Of a DNA stretch of 64,000 nt, positions 11,797 to 24,989 are shown in pieces; position 1 is the first letter of the stretch; the number at the start of each line of letters is the position of its first letter. The stretch comes from Eledone cirrhosa. Taxonomy: Eukaryota. A model generated the notes under the pieces. The model saw only the letters and a program-made list of their open reading frames with translations. It searched no databases and was not told the origin of the DNA. The position numbers and the translations under genes were made by a program. Where the stretch lies: the NCBI GenBank assembly GCA_964016885.1, contig OZ024745.1, positions 60,946,001 through 61,010,000 on the forward strand, given 5' to 3'.

Positions 11797-12020
11797 GCGG
11801 TGGATTGGCAGTGTCGGTAGAGCATCAGACAATATGCTCTGCAGCATAGAGTTATGGTGCTTTTTGTTCTGTGTTCAAATCCCACTGATGTTAATTTTGT
11901 CTTTCACCTTCACGGAGTCGATAAAATAAAGTACCAGTAACACACTGGATTTGATTTAATCAGCCCCCCCACCCCCACTACTTCAGAATTGCTGGCCTTG
12001 TGCCTAAATCAGGAACCATT
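11797..12020 (+). mobile_element. tRNA-derived SINE family A
   Basis: A-box tggcagtgtcggtagagc, B-box gttcaaatccc, conserved core c(c)tttca(t)cctt..ggrgtcgataaaataaagtaccag; at least 15 copies recognisable in the window. Confidence 0.85.
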
Positions 12021-12129
12021 ATTATAGCTTGGAGGAGAGCAGTGGATTGGCAGTGTTGTTAGGTGCCTGGTTAAATGGGGACCCAAACCTGCTTGGCCTG
12101 TAGAAGGCCCTGGTGGTGATCTCACCTCG

Positions 12130-12285
12130 GGCAATCACAGAGTCATCATCAGGATCCCAAAAGCTGCCTGCACTCTCGCAGCCGAAGCACTAGCATCATC
12201 TATTGATCAAGCGCTTGACTCTGGCAGTCCACAAGACTGGACTAAATTGTTCAGTTTGCGACCCTTGCACTTAGAATCCCGATGG
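12130..12285 (+). mobile_element. Probable CRE-clade non-LTR retrotransposon fragment
   Basis: RVIIRIPKAACTLAAEALASSIDQALDSGSPQDWTKLFS resembles the RIPKGAR..AA..L...W..L.SF pre-RT segment of CRE-like elements (from memory). Confidence 0.45.
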
Positions 12286-12618
12286 CTGGGAAGCAAACAG
12301 CGGGGGAGGGATCGGGCCCCTCCCTAACTTTGAGGCTCAAGGACAATATCACTTGCTGCAGTGGAAGTGAATGTGCCTTTTGCTTTACAGATGGAGCACT
12401 TCCTCTGAGCCTTTCTCATGCATCTGGTTTCTGCTGTACATGTTCCCTCAAAGATTTTGTTTCACCAAGTTGAGCGATCCAAGGCAAGAGGTTCCCAGCT
12501 ACCAGGATTCATGTTGAATTTTTTAGGGACATTTTAAAATGTTTCAAACTCTCTAGTTGCCTTACCACTACATACAGACTGACAGATCTTATTTATTTAT
12601 AGTTAAAACATAGCTTAC

Positions 12619-12702
12619 CTTGATTAATTTGTTTATGTCATCTTTAGTGAGATTCCGATCAACATTGAAACCATGCTTGGGGTTGAGAACAATTGCTTTC
12701 AC
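12619..12702 (-). CDS. CFAP206: CFAP206 second coding exon
   Basis: ttacAG|GTG...AAG|GTAAGC; 84 bp encoding VKAIVLNPKHGFNVDRNLTKDDINKLIK, in frame with the previous exon and matching human VKAVVLDPSNGFNMDRTLMKSDVQNLVK. Confidence 0.92.
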
Positions 12703-12813
12703 CTGTAATTAAAGTTTACTTTCAACATAATCATCATCATCATATCTATTTCAATTAACATATTCATTAACATCATACCAATTATCAGCATTATAATAGC
12801 TATAATAAGGATA

Positions 12814-13520
12814 GGAGGAAAGAAGTTTAGAGAGCTACTCCCACTGTTGACAATAAAAGGTTTCTCCCTACGTACAAAAGGATGGCTGTATGAAGCCTGG
12901 GCTGTGTTTGCGGAGGATATGCATAGACTGAAGAGAAATGAAGCAACCATGCTTCATTGGATGTGCAACATAAGTGTGAGAGAAAGGCAGAGCTTGGATG
13001 AACTGAAGGAGAAACTGGGTTTAAGAGAAATATAAGTTGGTGTGCTGGAGAGAAAAATTTGTTGATCTGGACATGCATCATACAGTTTGCCTTTCATTTT
13101 GAGGGTGAAGCCTTTTGCAGCTAACAGTGGCAGTAGCTCCCTGAACTTCTTTCATCCCGTTCTTACCCTAGTTATTGTACTTTCTGAACACCCACCTCCG
13201 CTGCTAATTCAGTCACCTAGGTAGCAGAAGCTGTCTACTGTTTCTACAGAGCCCTCCCAGAGATTGGTGGTACTTGTTTCCTGTGGCTGTTTGATGCTTG
13301 CTGTCCCAGCATAGCTGTTACATGTGAAGCCTACATTGTTAATTAAGCTTCCTGAGATCCCGAGAAATGAAGCAGCAATACTCCATTGGAGGCAATGTAA
13401 ATGTGAGAGAAAAGCAGAGCTTGGATGAACTGAGGGAGAAACTGGGTTTAAGAGCAATCTGAGGTGGTGGTGTGCAGGAGAGACGACTGTGTTGGTATGG
13501 ACATGTGGTGAAATGCATCA
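12814..13520. mobile_element. Cluster of RTE LINE fragments in both orientations inside the CFAP206 intron
   Basis: KGFSLRTKG...EDMHRLKRNEATMLHWMCN (+), VETVDSFCYLGD (-); homologous to 44700-45100. Confidence 0.8.
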
Positions 13521-14207
13521 TCACCATCATCACCACCACCACCAAAACCATTGCCAACATCATCACCACCCTCAAACATGATAATTACCAACTAAATGAA
13601 AGATTAATTAAGATAATTATTAGCAAGTCAAGGCTACTTTTCTCATAGAAGAATGAATGTCATCTCTGGGTGTAGGGTTAGTAGAAAATATTATCGTCAT
13701 TATTATTATTATTAGTAGTAGTAGTAGTACTAGTATGGCAGTATCAGTAGAGTGTCAAACATCATGCTTCGTCTGTGGTGGTGGTGGTGTCTGTTGAGAT
13801 GGTAGAATTGCTGATGTCATCAGTTATGACTGTTGTCTCTGCTGTCATAGAAGACACCAATGCTACATGTGGCCATCTATAAATACATTTGCCATGTACA
13901 CTCACACATTCACACACATGGACACCCACCCATACTCACATTCACATCTGTTGAAAAGAAGGAAAGAGTTACACAAAGTGTAACCAAATCCTTGTGTTGT
14001 GTTTGTCTTGTCATAACTTTTTTTTTAAATTAATTATAAAACTTGGAGGGTCAGAGCCTATAGTTTTTTAAAATTAATTATTAGACTGAGGAGGGAAAGA
14101 GCCTATAGTTTAATGATTAATTATTAGACTTATGGGGAGGGACAGAGCCTATTATATATATAAAGCCCCAAAGATATACATTAAAAAACACACCAGTTAC
14201 TACTTAC

Positions 14208-14315
14208 CATAAAAGCTACCAAGGTTTCAGACACAGACTCGCCTTTAGTGAAACATTCTTGAGTGATTTCTCTAATGATATTCTTGATGATGCTTTCTGC
14301 CTGTGCAGTACTCAT
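14208..14315 (-). CDS. CFAP206: CFAP206 (cilia- and flagella-associated protein 206) first coding exon
   Basis: Translates MSTAQAESIIKNIIREITQECFTKGESVSETLVAFM, matching the CFAP206 N-terminus as recalled (human MPPTQAESVIRSIIREIGQEC...VSETLIAFMVKAVVLDP). Acceptor tttcaaAG at 14340-14339 (exon starts 14338, so a 5' UTR exon lies upstream); donor ATG|GTAAGT at 14207, phase 0. Confidence 0.92.
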
Positions 14316-15535
14316 TTTTGTTGTTGGTGAAGGCTGACCTTTGAAATATAGAGTTAGAAACAAGAAGATGAATAACAACAAAGTCAAGAAGAAACCAGCT
14401 ATAGCTACAACACCTGTCTAAAGAAGCAGCCATTTCTACCATTTCATACAGAAAAATACATAATATACTGTAAATTATATTCTGCACCCATTCAAGCGTG
14501 GAAAAAAAAAGTCGTAAAAATGGTGATAGTGGTGGTGGTCGTAATGATGATGATAGCTGCATGACCAGCTTCATCAGAAACCACATATCTTTGAAAATGG
14601 AGACTACATTATTCATGATCTGGAGAGAAACATTTATGTAAAAATGAAATGATTGGGTGTGTATTAGACAAGTTTACTGGTTTTTAGTTCAAATTCACTG
14701 AAAATATTTAACTGTATAGTTGTGACAAGACATTTTATTATCCATTGCCTTAGTTCATATAATTATTGGAAATAGAGAAAATGACACGAAGTACTTAGTT
14801 AATCCCCTTTACATTCTGAGTTAAAAATCTTGCCAAAGTCAACTTTATTTTTCTTCCTTTCCACGTTTCGATAAACCATGTTAGATGTTGCGTATTTATT
14901 TCTCAAGCTCTTATTTTATTTGGAAAAAATTTCACACTAGTCGATTGTGAAACACATCAGAACCTTTTATAGCAAACTAAGCTGGCCAGAGTTATGTACC
15001 TTGCCTTAAGAACACAGTAGTTCAGGCACAGCCAAAACGTGGCTATGTAAACAATATACATATATGTTTATAAATATATTTGAATTTAATACATTACTTC
15101 AAGTTACATGCTATATGCATGCATTATAGTAATTTGATTCCATGTAGGCATACATTAAACGTTATACAAGGGCCGGCCGTCGAAGAAACACCACGCGTTC
15201 GGCCAGACCCCTGTATAAGAAAAGAAAATGTTTTTCGAGGAAGTTATTGGATTTTGTTTTTCAATTTAAATATTTTTTTTAGGAACTTTCAATGTTTTCA
15301 AGTTTTTATAGGTTTTGCCGTCAGAAGAGCTCAGGTTACAGGAGGGTGTGGGGGCATATTGTCTATATGCTTCAGCTTGTACTAATGGGAGGTCGGGTAC
15401 TCTGTATTACTGCGTGACGCCAGAGGTCACAGTCGTGTGCCATCGCCTTTGAGAGGTGTAATTGGGTATCTTTTTATATTCAGATAAAAGTATGCGCATA
15501 TATATGATCTTTCTATCTCTCTGTACGTCTGTATA

Positions 15536-16900
15536 TTCTTCTTCTTCTACTACTACCAGGCCAGGGCTATCCTAAGTCAGCGATCCCAAAGCATCATTGT
15601 GTGCAGAGCAGACCAGGTCCACTAGCACTGGCAGTCCTGTGCCGGCTCCTCTGTATCCTCCAAGGTAATGTTGTTGAGCCTCCGGAGATCTTCCCTGACG
15701 GTATCCAGCCATCATATGTGGGGCCTGCCACGGGGCCTCTTCCAGTCTGAAGCTGCTGCATCAAACGAGAGTAAGGCCCTGGTAGGATGATCTGGTGAAA
15801 GTGAAAGACAAGTCCATACCAGCACATGCAGCGGATAGCTATGAGGTGGGAAGCTGTGGTGGTGCCATCTGATGTTTTTGATGGTCTTCAGGGCTCTGCT
15901 ACTGAAGCTGTCAATCCTCTTTGCCAGAGTCTTTGTGAGAGGCCACGTTTCTGCTCCATAGAGGACAACGGAGAGGACCGATGCATTGTAAATACAGAAC
16001 TTTGTCTTTTGGGAGATTGAGCAATGGTGCAAAGGGGCTTCCATAAGGAGTGCATGACCCCAGCAACCAAGCCACATCTGCAGTTTATCTCCAGGGTCAG
16101 GTCTCTATTGCTGGTGACTGTCGAGCCCAGGTAAATGAAGGAGCTGACAAACCCCATGGTATTGGGGCCAATATGCCTATAGAGCCGTTGGAACAGGGTT
16201 GGGATCTTGGGAGGTGCGCCGACAGGCTGGAGGATTTTCCAGAGGGATGCGATAGAGCACACAAATGTAGAGGCGATGTTGGGATCGCAGAGACAAGATG
16301 AATCAGGGTGGGGATGGTACATGGTGTCAGGTCTGCTCCATGATGTCACAACCAGCAATTGATGATCAGTATTGCCAAGTTGAGTACCTCTGTAGACCCA
16401 GCGGTTGGTGACAAACGACCTCCAGTGACAGGAGGAACCAGTGCGGGGGAACCAGTTGTTGGCAATACAGAGATTGTTGTAATGGCAGAGGAGCAGCAGA
16501 CGATTGCCATTGTCATTGGTGGATGTGTTGGCGAAGGTTGTGTCAATGAGTCGATTGGGGCGAGCTTGGTGGAAGAAGAGATGGTAGCATTGGCATCCGT
16601 CATGATGATCGTGATTTCATGTGGGATTTGTCCCGAGACCTGTTGAAGTCGTCCTTGACATTGTCCTCTGTGACGTCTGCAGGGGTGTAGGTAACAATGA
16701 TAGTCATCTTCCTGTGCCGGTGGAGAAAACGGGGGCGACAGTAAACACTCACTCACCAGGTTCCAGCTGATGAGTGACTTGCAGACATGCTTGCGCATGG
16801 TCAGTGCCACACCACAAAGGCCCATCCACAGAGCTACTCCAGATGAGGCAGTCGTCTCCTGTGATGAATTACCTACTGCCAGGTCAGTGTGTCTTGTAGA
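15536..16900 (-). mobile_element. Decayed RTE-clade LINE with (AAG)n tail
   Basis: FIYLGSTV, KTKFCIYNASVLSVVLYGAETWPLT, KRPRGRP; endonuclease-like remnants further 5'; tail at about 15536-15548. Confidence 0.8.
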
Positions 16901-17077
16901 GTTCCACCAATGTGATGTTCTAGTGTGATAACTCTCAGGACAGCAGGGTGGCTGCTCTGGATTGAAGGAGCGACAAGACATTCCATGTGGCAACATGGAT
17001 TTTATGGCGCAAATCAATGATGATATATTTACAATGTGGATGGTTGCTTTTATTGTGACACCAACATTACCATATAT

Positions 17078-18440
17078 ATCATCATCATCATTTTACATCA
17101 GCTTTTCCCTGCTTGCAAGGGTGGGATGGGTCCTATTCATCTCTCCACTTGTCACGGTCCTTCGTCATCTCCACCGTGAGCTTCAGCGATCTGAGGTTTG
17201 TTCTCACCACCTCCGCCTATGTTTTTCATGGTCTTCCTTCAACTGGCATTTCTTGGCACTTCATCCTCCATGCGCATCACATGTCCATATCATCAGTTTT
17301 CTCTCCCGCACACTACAACTTATCCCTCTTAAACACAGTTTCTCTCTCAACATATCCATGCTCGGTCATTCACGCACATTGACATTGCTCAGCCAACGGA
17401 GCATGCTTGCCTCATTCCTCTCCAGCCATCGCATATCCTCTGCATTTGCTGCAAATGTCTCTACCATGCAGCATCGTGCACCTCACACAGGCATCATATA
17501 ACTGGCCTTTTGTATGCAGGGAGAAACCCTTCTTCGTCAGCAGAGGAAGCAGCTCCCTAAACTTCTTCTAACCTGTCCTTATTCTAGATACTATGGCCTC
17601 GGAACACCCCCTCCAATGCTAATCTGATCACCTAGGTACTAGAAGCTATCAACCACTTCTATAGCACCCGCCTGCATTTGAAAAATGTGTCTATCAATGC
17701 GACTTCTACTGTCAAATTTCCCTGTACATCTACTTCATACGTATTTTTCCCTACCTGTTAGTTTGCCTGCTATCCCACTACATCTCTTGTGTACCCAAGA
17801 TCTGCATTGTGTATATTTTATAGAATTTATGCCAGTTCCTTTTCTGCATATTGAACATGGTCATTTCCCTGACGGAATCAGAGTTTTGTCCTCTTTTCTA
17901 CTCATCAACACTTTTGTCTTAGCTAGGTTCACTCTCAGTCCTCTTCATTCCAGCTGTGTTTTCATAGCCAGAATTTATTCTCTAGCTCCTCTACTGATTC
18001 TGCTATAAGAACCAGATCGTCAGCATAGAGAAGTTCCCATGGGCAGCCAGTCTTAAACTCCTCTGTTATGGCTTCGAGGACTATAATGAACAAGAGCGGG
18101 CTGAGGACCGAACCCTGATGTACTCCTACTTGTATCTGGAATTCCTCACTAAACTTCATTCCTACCCTCACTTTACTGACAGCCGCTCTGTACAAAGCTT
18201 GCACTGTCCTCACAAGCCATTCCTCAACACCTAGTTTCCTTAGGGACCACCAGATGACAGATTGGGGTACCCTATCAAAGGCCTTCTCTAGGTCAACAAA
18301 AGCTAAGTATAGTGGGTTATTCTTCTCTAAGAACCTCTCTTGTAGTTGTCTCACTAAGAAGAGGGCATCTGTTGTACTTTTCCCAGACACAAAACCAAAT
18401 TGCATCTCATCTAGTTTGACCCTTTCTCTAATATCCTTTC

Positions 18441-18443
<3 letters not shown>
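17078..18443 (-). mobile_element. 5'-truncated RTE LINE
   Basis: RT QFGFVSGKSTTDA...FVDLEKAFDRVP...GVHQGSVLSP...LYADD; (ATG)n tail at about 17078-17091; same family as 43714-45325. Confidence 0.92.
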
Positions 18444-18489
<46 letters not shown>

Positions 18490-18493
<4 letters not shown>

Positions 18494-18688
18494 TCCCGGG
18501 TTCAATTAGGGGTAACCACAGTCAGTAAAGTACTCAATACATTAGTAGAGTGTAAAAATCAAGTTTAATATAGAAATAGCTTCTACAGGACTAGAACTGT
18601 TTCATTCAAAAGAAATCATCAGGATTTCCTAATGATTTCTTTTGAATGGAAACAGTTCTAGTCTTGTAGAAACCATTTCTATATTAAA
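18490..18688. mobile_element. Small palindromic hammerhead-bearing element in (TA)n
   Basis: Inverted repeat 18564-18688 with hammerhead cores on both arms; rearranged relative at 33113-33240. Confidence 0.65.
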
Positions 18689-19136
18689 TGTGATTTTATA
18701 TATATGTATGTGTGTGTGTGTAAATAAATAAATATATATATATATACACACACATACATACACACATATGTATATATAATTTCAAAATTGGCAACAGATA
18801 TGGCAGTAAACAGACAAAAGAACCCTAACAGATGAATAAAGAACAAGATTGGTACATTGATGGTAAACATGTACAAAACAAACAAATCTATGGTCATCAG
18901 CTGTCGATATGGACTTACAATGTCAACTCATCCTGATAGTACTACTGGTCGATAGGGAGTTACAAAAATACTGTCTTGGAGTATTTTAAAGGATGAGGAA
19001 TACAGTACAGCAGTACAGAATGCATATAGGAATCATAAAGTAAACAAAATAAAACTTCCCTATATATATATATATGAGAATATTATGTGTGTGTGCATGT
19101 ATATATATATATATATATATATATACATGCATATTA

Positions 19137-19168
<32 letters not shown>

Positions 19169-19290
19169 CATGCATATTATGTGCATGTATATATGTATAT
19201 ATATATATATATACATGCACACGCACATAATATTCTCATATACATACACACACACATAATATACTCATATATATGTCAATATACATAAAT

Positions 19291-19326
<36 letters not shown>

Positions 19327-19670
19327 CATCATCATCATCATTTTACATCCGCTTTTCTCTGCTTCCTCACACACCAAACACCCACTCACATATATACTAA
19401 GATACATATAAAAAGATACATAGATATACACAATTTTACAGATACATGAATACATGTTTATTTGCAAAGCATCTGTTTATGGCAGATATGAAAAAAAGTA
19501 CAGGCAAAATGGGGAACTCCCACAAACTGGTTTCCTGATCCAGGAAAAGGAAGGTATATATATATATGATTCAGGAGTGGCCACTTATCATCTCATCAAC
19601 TTATTAAGCGCAACTTTCCCTTAGTCATAACAACATTATTAAGGTTATCTGCTATGTGTACCACAATGTT

Positions 19671-20302
19671 TTAACCATTTCATGACTGCATTTCTAATGT
19701 CTAATGAAATACACTATACTTTAATTAATTTATGAAGAATTTGGAGAGATTTACTAATATTATTAACTATTTCATTACAACTTGTTTCTACTTTTAGCAC
19801 AAGGCCAGCAATTATCCCAGTGCATTACTGGTGCTTTATTTTATCGACCCTGTAAGGATGAAGAGCAAAGTTAACCTCGGCGGGATTTGAATCCAGATCG
19901 TAAAGAGCCGTAACTCTATGCTGCAAAGCATGGCATCCAACATTCTACAGATACTAAGTTTCTTATATAAAATTATGTTGGAAGATTTTAATTTAAATTG
20001 GAAATATTTAAAATCAGTGGCTTTATTTCATAGAACCAGAGCTGGTTTGGGCTGAGTTGGTAATGTAACTTAATGCAAGGTTCTTATGTAAGATTATGTA
20101 GGAATTCAATTTAAAATGGATGGATTTATTTCATAGAACCAGAGCCAGTTTTGGCAGGGTTGGTAAGATAGTAACATAATGTAAGTTTCTTATATAAAAT
20201 TATGTTGGAAGATTTTGATTTAAATTGGAAACCTTTAAAATGGGTGGTTTTATTTCATAGAACCAGAGCTCGTTTTGGCAGGGCTGGTAACTAAACAGTT
20301 AA
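19671..20302 (+). mobile_element. TTAA-flanked MITE family C with nested SINE (about 19782-19955) and triplicated 3' segment
   Basis: Starts ttaaccatttcatgac, ends ctaaacagttaa; three copies of the about 110-120-bp block ending tttcatagaaccagagc...ttggtaa. Confidence 0.7.
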
Positions 20303-21104
20303 ATATATTTTATTAGAGAGACTGAAGCTTTAACAGAAAAGTATATGTTGACTAGAAAGACATACTGTATACTGATACTGACTAGGTTGATATTATCTTT
20401 TAAGGCTGTCTGGATAAACATAATATGCAGACACATTAATTTTTTTTTTTTTTTGCATGGTTTAAACACAAAGACTGCTTCTTCTCTAGAGCTAGAAAAT
20501 ATTTCAGCATACAACAATTAATGACTAAAGCTTAAGTAAGACCAGCAATGGACAAGTGCTTCAATATCTGAATGGTGCTGCAGTTGCACACATTGACATC
20601 CTAGACTATATCCAGAGAAAAAGATTGAGTTAATCACAGACACACTCCAGCCGTAAGCCCCACAGATGCACTGACTCCTCTCTCTTTTTTACTGCTACTA
20701 AAATGGCTTCTGCTTCTTGGAGCTTGCTGGTCTTATTCCACCACCTCTCAGGCACTCCCAACTCACTTGTTTCTCCTCCTTACATCACTCATATTGTATA
20801 AAGTCCTCCTCCAAGCCTTGCACTAAGCATGAATCCGAGTCGTTCCTCCCCAAAATGCCATCCCTCAGAAATTCTCTTTCTGCTAATATCTTTTCTGTAG
20901 TTGTTGACTTGCAGCATTTATGCAGAACATTAAAGTGTCTATGATGGCCATAGACACTGCCTCTTCTTCCAGATCTCATAAATAATTAAAAAAAATATTT
21001 GTATATATCAACTTGATAGGCAGTGTATAGATGTTCATTGAATAAGTTTAGTTTGTAGATATTAGATAGTTAATTCTTATTTGTAGATGTTGATGACGAA
21101 CTAC

Positions 21105-21480
21105 ATCAAGGCAAGCAAAACCAAGGGACCCACGATAACGCTTCAAGGACCAACTCAAGCGCCAGCTGGTGCAAGGCAATATTGATCACAAGGAATGGGA
21201 ACACCTGGCAGAAGACTGAGAGAAATGGAAAGCGACCATAAAAACAGCTGCAGCCAGCTTTGAGGAGGGCAGGAAGGTGGCAGCTGAAGAAAAACATCAA
21301 AGAAGAAAGCTGTCCACCACCCAACCACCAACTGACCAAGCACACACTTGCCCCAACTGTACCAGAGCCTGCGGGTTCAAGATTGGCCTCTACAGCCACG
21401 TCAGGGCGTGCCACTGCACGGAACAGGACAACAATTCTTCCCACTGATCTTCGCAAGATATTCATTCATTGAGATGTTGA
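21105..21480 (+). mobile_element. RTE-like LINE 3' fragment
   Basis: ELHQGKQNQGTPR*RFKDQLKRQL..., followed by a C-terminal Cys/His finger remnant. Confidence 0.6.
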
Positions 21481-22040
21481 CTGCAGAGACACAAACTTTA
21501 GATCATGGGTTTCAAACACACAGTTCGTGGGCAGCAAGTGACCCTCAAACTACTTTTCGATGGCCCATGGCAGAATAATTTTCCTGGCTGATATAGTCTT
21601 AAAACTTGGTAATTTGTCTCTATTTTAATAACATTTTTAGAACAATTTTGGAGGGAATTTACAAAAAAAAAAAGAAAAGAAAAACGGTATCTATCAAAAG
21701 GGAAAACAAAAAAAAAAGAGAATTTATCAAAAGTAAAAATGGAATTAAGGAAAATTTGAAATGAAAAAGTTGTCTCCCTACATTATGTACTAATTCACAT
21801 ATCCCACATACTATCATATTTTTATTTTGATGAAAAAAAAAAAAAATAAATAAATAGCAGCTTATCAGCTGTTTTGCAGATTAGGAATACAACTGTTGGA
21901 AATCACTCCCTCCACCCCAGAATGTAATGGCTCTTTTGAGTCCTTGAATTTAAGACCCCTGCTTTAAATGACCACTGGATCAATTCAGCCCATTGATTAG
22001 TAGACACTTTTTCACCGGCTAGATAGTCTTTAGATGTTGG

Positions 22041-23800
22041 CTTAGTGGATAGAGCATTAGGCATACAATCGTGAAGTTGTGAGTTCAATTCTTGGACAGG
22101 GCTGTGTGTTGAGATTTTGAGCAAGACACGTTGCTCCAATTTACTCAGCTGTAGAAATGAGTTGCGGCATAATAATAATAATAATAATAATGAAATTATT
22201 GTGTACAGTGCTCAGGTGCACTACAACTCATCAAAGGTGCATGTATAGTACATAGAATAATGTACAAATGTCAGGAAAATGAACAGTGTATGAGTCATGA
22301 TATAATAATAATAATAATAATAATAACGAAATATTGTGTACAGTGCCCAGGTGCACCACAACTCATCAAAAAGTGCATGTACAGTACATAGGGCAATGCA
22401 CAAACATCAGTAAAATGAACAGTGCACGAGTCATGATACACACATGTGTGCATGTGTATGGAAGGGGTACATCAGGTGTAGCCTTGGCGTATTTCGGGGA
22501 GCATGAGTGTCTTAAAGGATGCAGTGTCTCGGCAGCTAACAACTGACGCAGGCAGTTTGTTCCATGCTTCAGCAACTCTGAGCGTGAAAAAATGTCTACG
22601 AAAGTCATGGGAGCTGTGCTGTTTTCTGATCTTGTAGGCATGTCCACGTGTGTTAGACACATGGAGATCAAAAAGGTGCTCAGGGTTGCAATTGGCGAGA
22701 TGGTTAAAAACTTTATGGGTATTCACCAAGTCCATTGCCAGACGTCGGAGCTTCAATGAATCCATGCCCAGGGAAGCAAGGCGTTCAAAGTATGGTAGGT
22801 GTCTGATGGAGGGTATGCGCTTGGTTGCACGTCTCTGAACAGTTTCCAGGAGGTCAATGTTCTGAGCAAGATAAGGGTTCCAGACTGATGATGCGAATTC
22901 CAAGTGTGGTCGTACCATAGCTGTATACAGTTTTAAATAGATGGCTGGAGAGTGGCTAACAAAGGTCTTGCTGAGTGATGCCAAGACACCCTCGGCCTTC
23001 TTGACAATCTTAGAGACATGCTTTGTCCAACGCAAATCGCTGCTGACAGTAATGCCCAGGTCATGTTCACAAGAGGACTTCTTGATATCAGTGTTGTGGA
23101 GGGAGTATGTGGACGCTGGATTTTACCTTCCAAAATGCATGGTGGTACACTTGTCCACAGCCAGCTTCAGTTGCCAGTCTGTGATCCATTGCTGCATTGT
23201 GTCCAGGTCTGATTGTAGGAAAGAGTTGTAAATTTCAGGATCAGTCCTTTTGATTTCAAGGTACAGCTTGATGTCATCTGCATATTTCAGTACCGTGGCA
23301 TTCTGTAAGTTGGCATCTATGTCATTAATATATGCCACAAACAAAAGGGGACCAAGAAAAGATCCCTGTGGTACACCAGATGACATCTCATATGGTGAAG
23401 AATGCTGTCCTAGAACCGTGACTACTTCTTTTCGGCTGAGAATGAAGGATTTCAACCAGTCGAAAAGATCATCCCTCACACCCATTGCAAAGAGTTTTGC
23501 CATAAGTCTTTTGTGTGGCACAGAATTAAAAGCCTTAGCAAAGTCAAGGTAAACAACATCCACCCATGAGCCGCTGTCAGTGATCCAGGTGATGTCTTCA
23601 AGCATCACTGGTACCAAGCTGTATTGGCCTTTGCTTTTCCCTTGGACATCATCAGTGGCATGGAGAGGTGAGGCTGGTATGCTTGGGTGACTGCTGGTCT
23701 TCCACAAACAACCTTGCCCGGACTTGTACTTTAGAGGGGAACTTTCTAGGTGCAAATCCCATGATCACTTGTGACTAAAGGGGATCTTTACCCTTTATAT
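22041..23800 (+). mobile_element. tRNA-derived SINE (second family) with 18-bp TSD, split by a nested CR1
   Basis: A-box tggcttagtgg and B-box gagttcaattc; direct repeat atagtctttagatgttgg at 22023-22040 and 23801-23818; SINE body resumes at about 23606. Confidence 0.8.
22170..23605 (-). mobile_element. 5'-truncated CR1-clade LINE with duplicated 3' end
   Basis: VDVVYLDFAKAF, SGVPQGS.LGP, KYADD, LYTAMVRPHLEFAS.VWNP, TRGH, WNKLP; (TTA)n tails at about 22170-22190 and 22303-22325 with about 130-bp tandem 3' UTR duplication. Confidence 0.92.
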
Positions 23801-24746
23801 ATAGTCTTTAGATGTTGGTTGGATAAGCATAAACTGTAGATACCTATTCACAAAATAGACACAGTTTGCAGATATTTAACCCTTTCATGACTGTATTTCT
23901 AATGAAATACACTCTATTTTAATTAATTAGTGAGGAATTTTGAGGGATTTACTAAAATTATCAATTATTTCATTACTAATATACCTGAGTCTATGGAACA
24001 AAACTGTTTGTTTTGAAAGTGTTTATATTTATATGAAAACCTTCTTCTTGAGCATTTGAGTGGATTCTTTTCCTTTAATTATATGATTCCTGAGAGGGTC
24101 ATGGGGGAAGAGTACTCAAACACTCCTTCCAGCATGTCCTGTAAGAAGCAACTATCTCCAATTAATCCAGATGGACTCCCAAGTGGAACCAGCTGAGCTC
24201 ATGGATGTTATCCAACCATCTTGCTTGGTGCCTGAGTCTCCTACTGGTTGGTTATGCCCATAAAATCTGTCCAGCAATTCTTTCCTGAGACATTCTAACC
24301 ACATGCCCTGAAAACCTCCAATCATAACTTTATGTAAGAAACTCTGTTAAGTTAGGTTTCAAACACCAGCTTAATAATGACAAATTTAGTTATATTACTA
24401 AATCTCACTGAATTTCTGGTGGTTTTCAAAATCATTTGAGTATCCTAGACAGTGTTTTTCATTATAAATGTGATAAGAAAAAGCCTAAACTAGCTCATTG
24501 ATAAAAAGAGTACCAGTTGGATACTGGGGTGGATTCTTCCTCTATATCTCTTAATAAATCTGGAATAAATCTGCTGTGTTCAGACCTGGAAAGGAAAAGG
24601 CTCTGCCAGGTTTAAAAGAATGCCCTAAAAAACACTGTATGCCTCTACGGTGCCCCTACCACTCCATCAAGAGTTACGGGACCATGTATGCATGCATATA
24701 TATGCATGTGTGTATTGATTTCTCATTTAAAAACAAGTTCTGAGAT

Positions 24747-24989
24747 TTAACTCTTTCATGATCTCATTTCTAATGAAATACACACTATTTTAATTAATTA
24801 ATAAAGAATTTGAGAGATTTAATAAATTATTAATTATTTCAATTCTAAACAAAAATAGTAACTTAATGTAAAGTCCTTATGTAAAATTATGTTGGAAGAT
24901 TTTAATTTAAATTGGAAACCCTTTAAAAGGGTGGTTTTATTTCATAGAACGAGAGCCAGTTTTGGCAGGGTTGGTAACTAAAGGGCTAA
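24747..24989 (+). mobile_element. TTAA-flanked (piggyBac-like) MITE family C
   Basis: ttaactctttcatg...taactaaagggctaa; same body as 57333-57572. Confidence 0.75.

Noticed and set aside
11797-11890. tRNA-like A and B boxes here and in other copies
   Set aside because: These are SINE heads continuing into a repeat core; no complete cloverleaf.
14181-14387. ORF-track 68-aa ORF with hydrophobic N-terminus resembling a signal peptide
   Set aside because: The hydrophobic part is the intron polypyrimidine tract; the real CDS starts at ATG 14315 and ends at donor 14207.
20440-21000. Moderately GC-rich segment with VSWECL-like peptide
   Set aside because: Possibly an old L1/Tx1 remnant, but too decayed to call; no exon structure.
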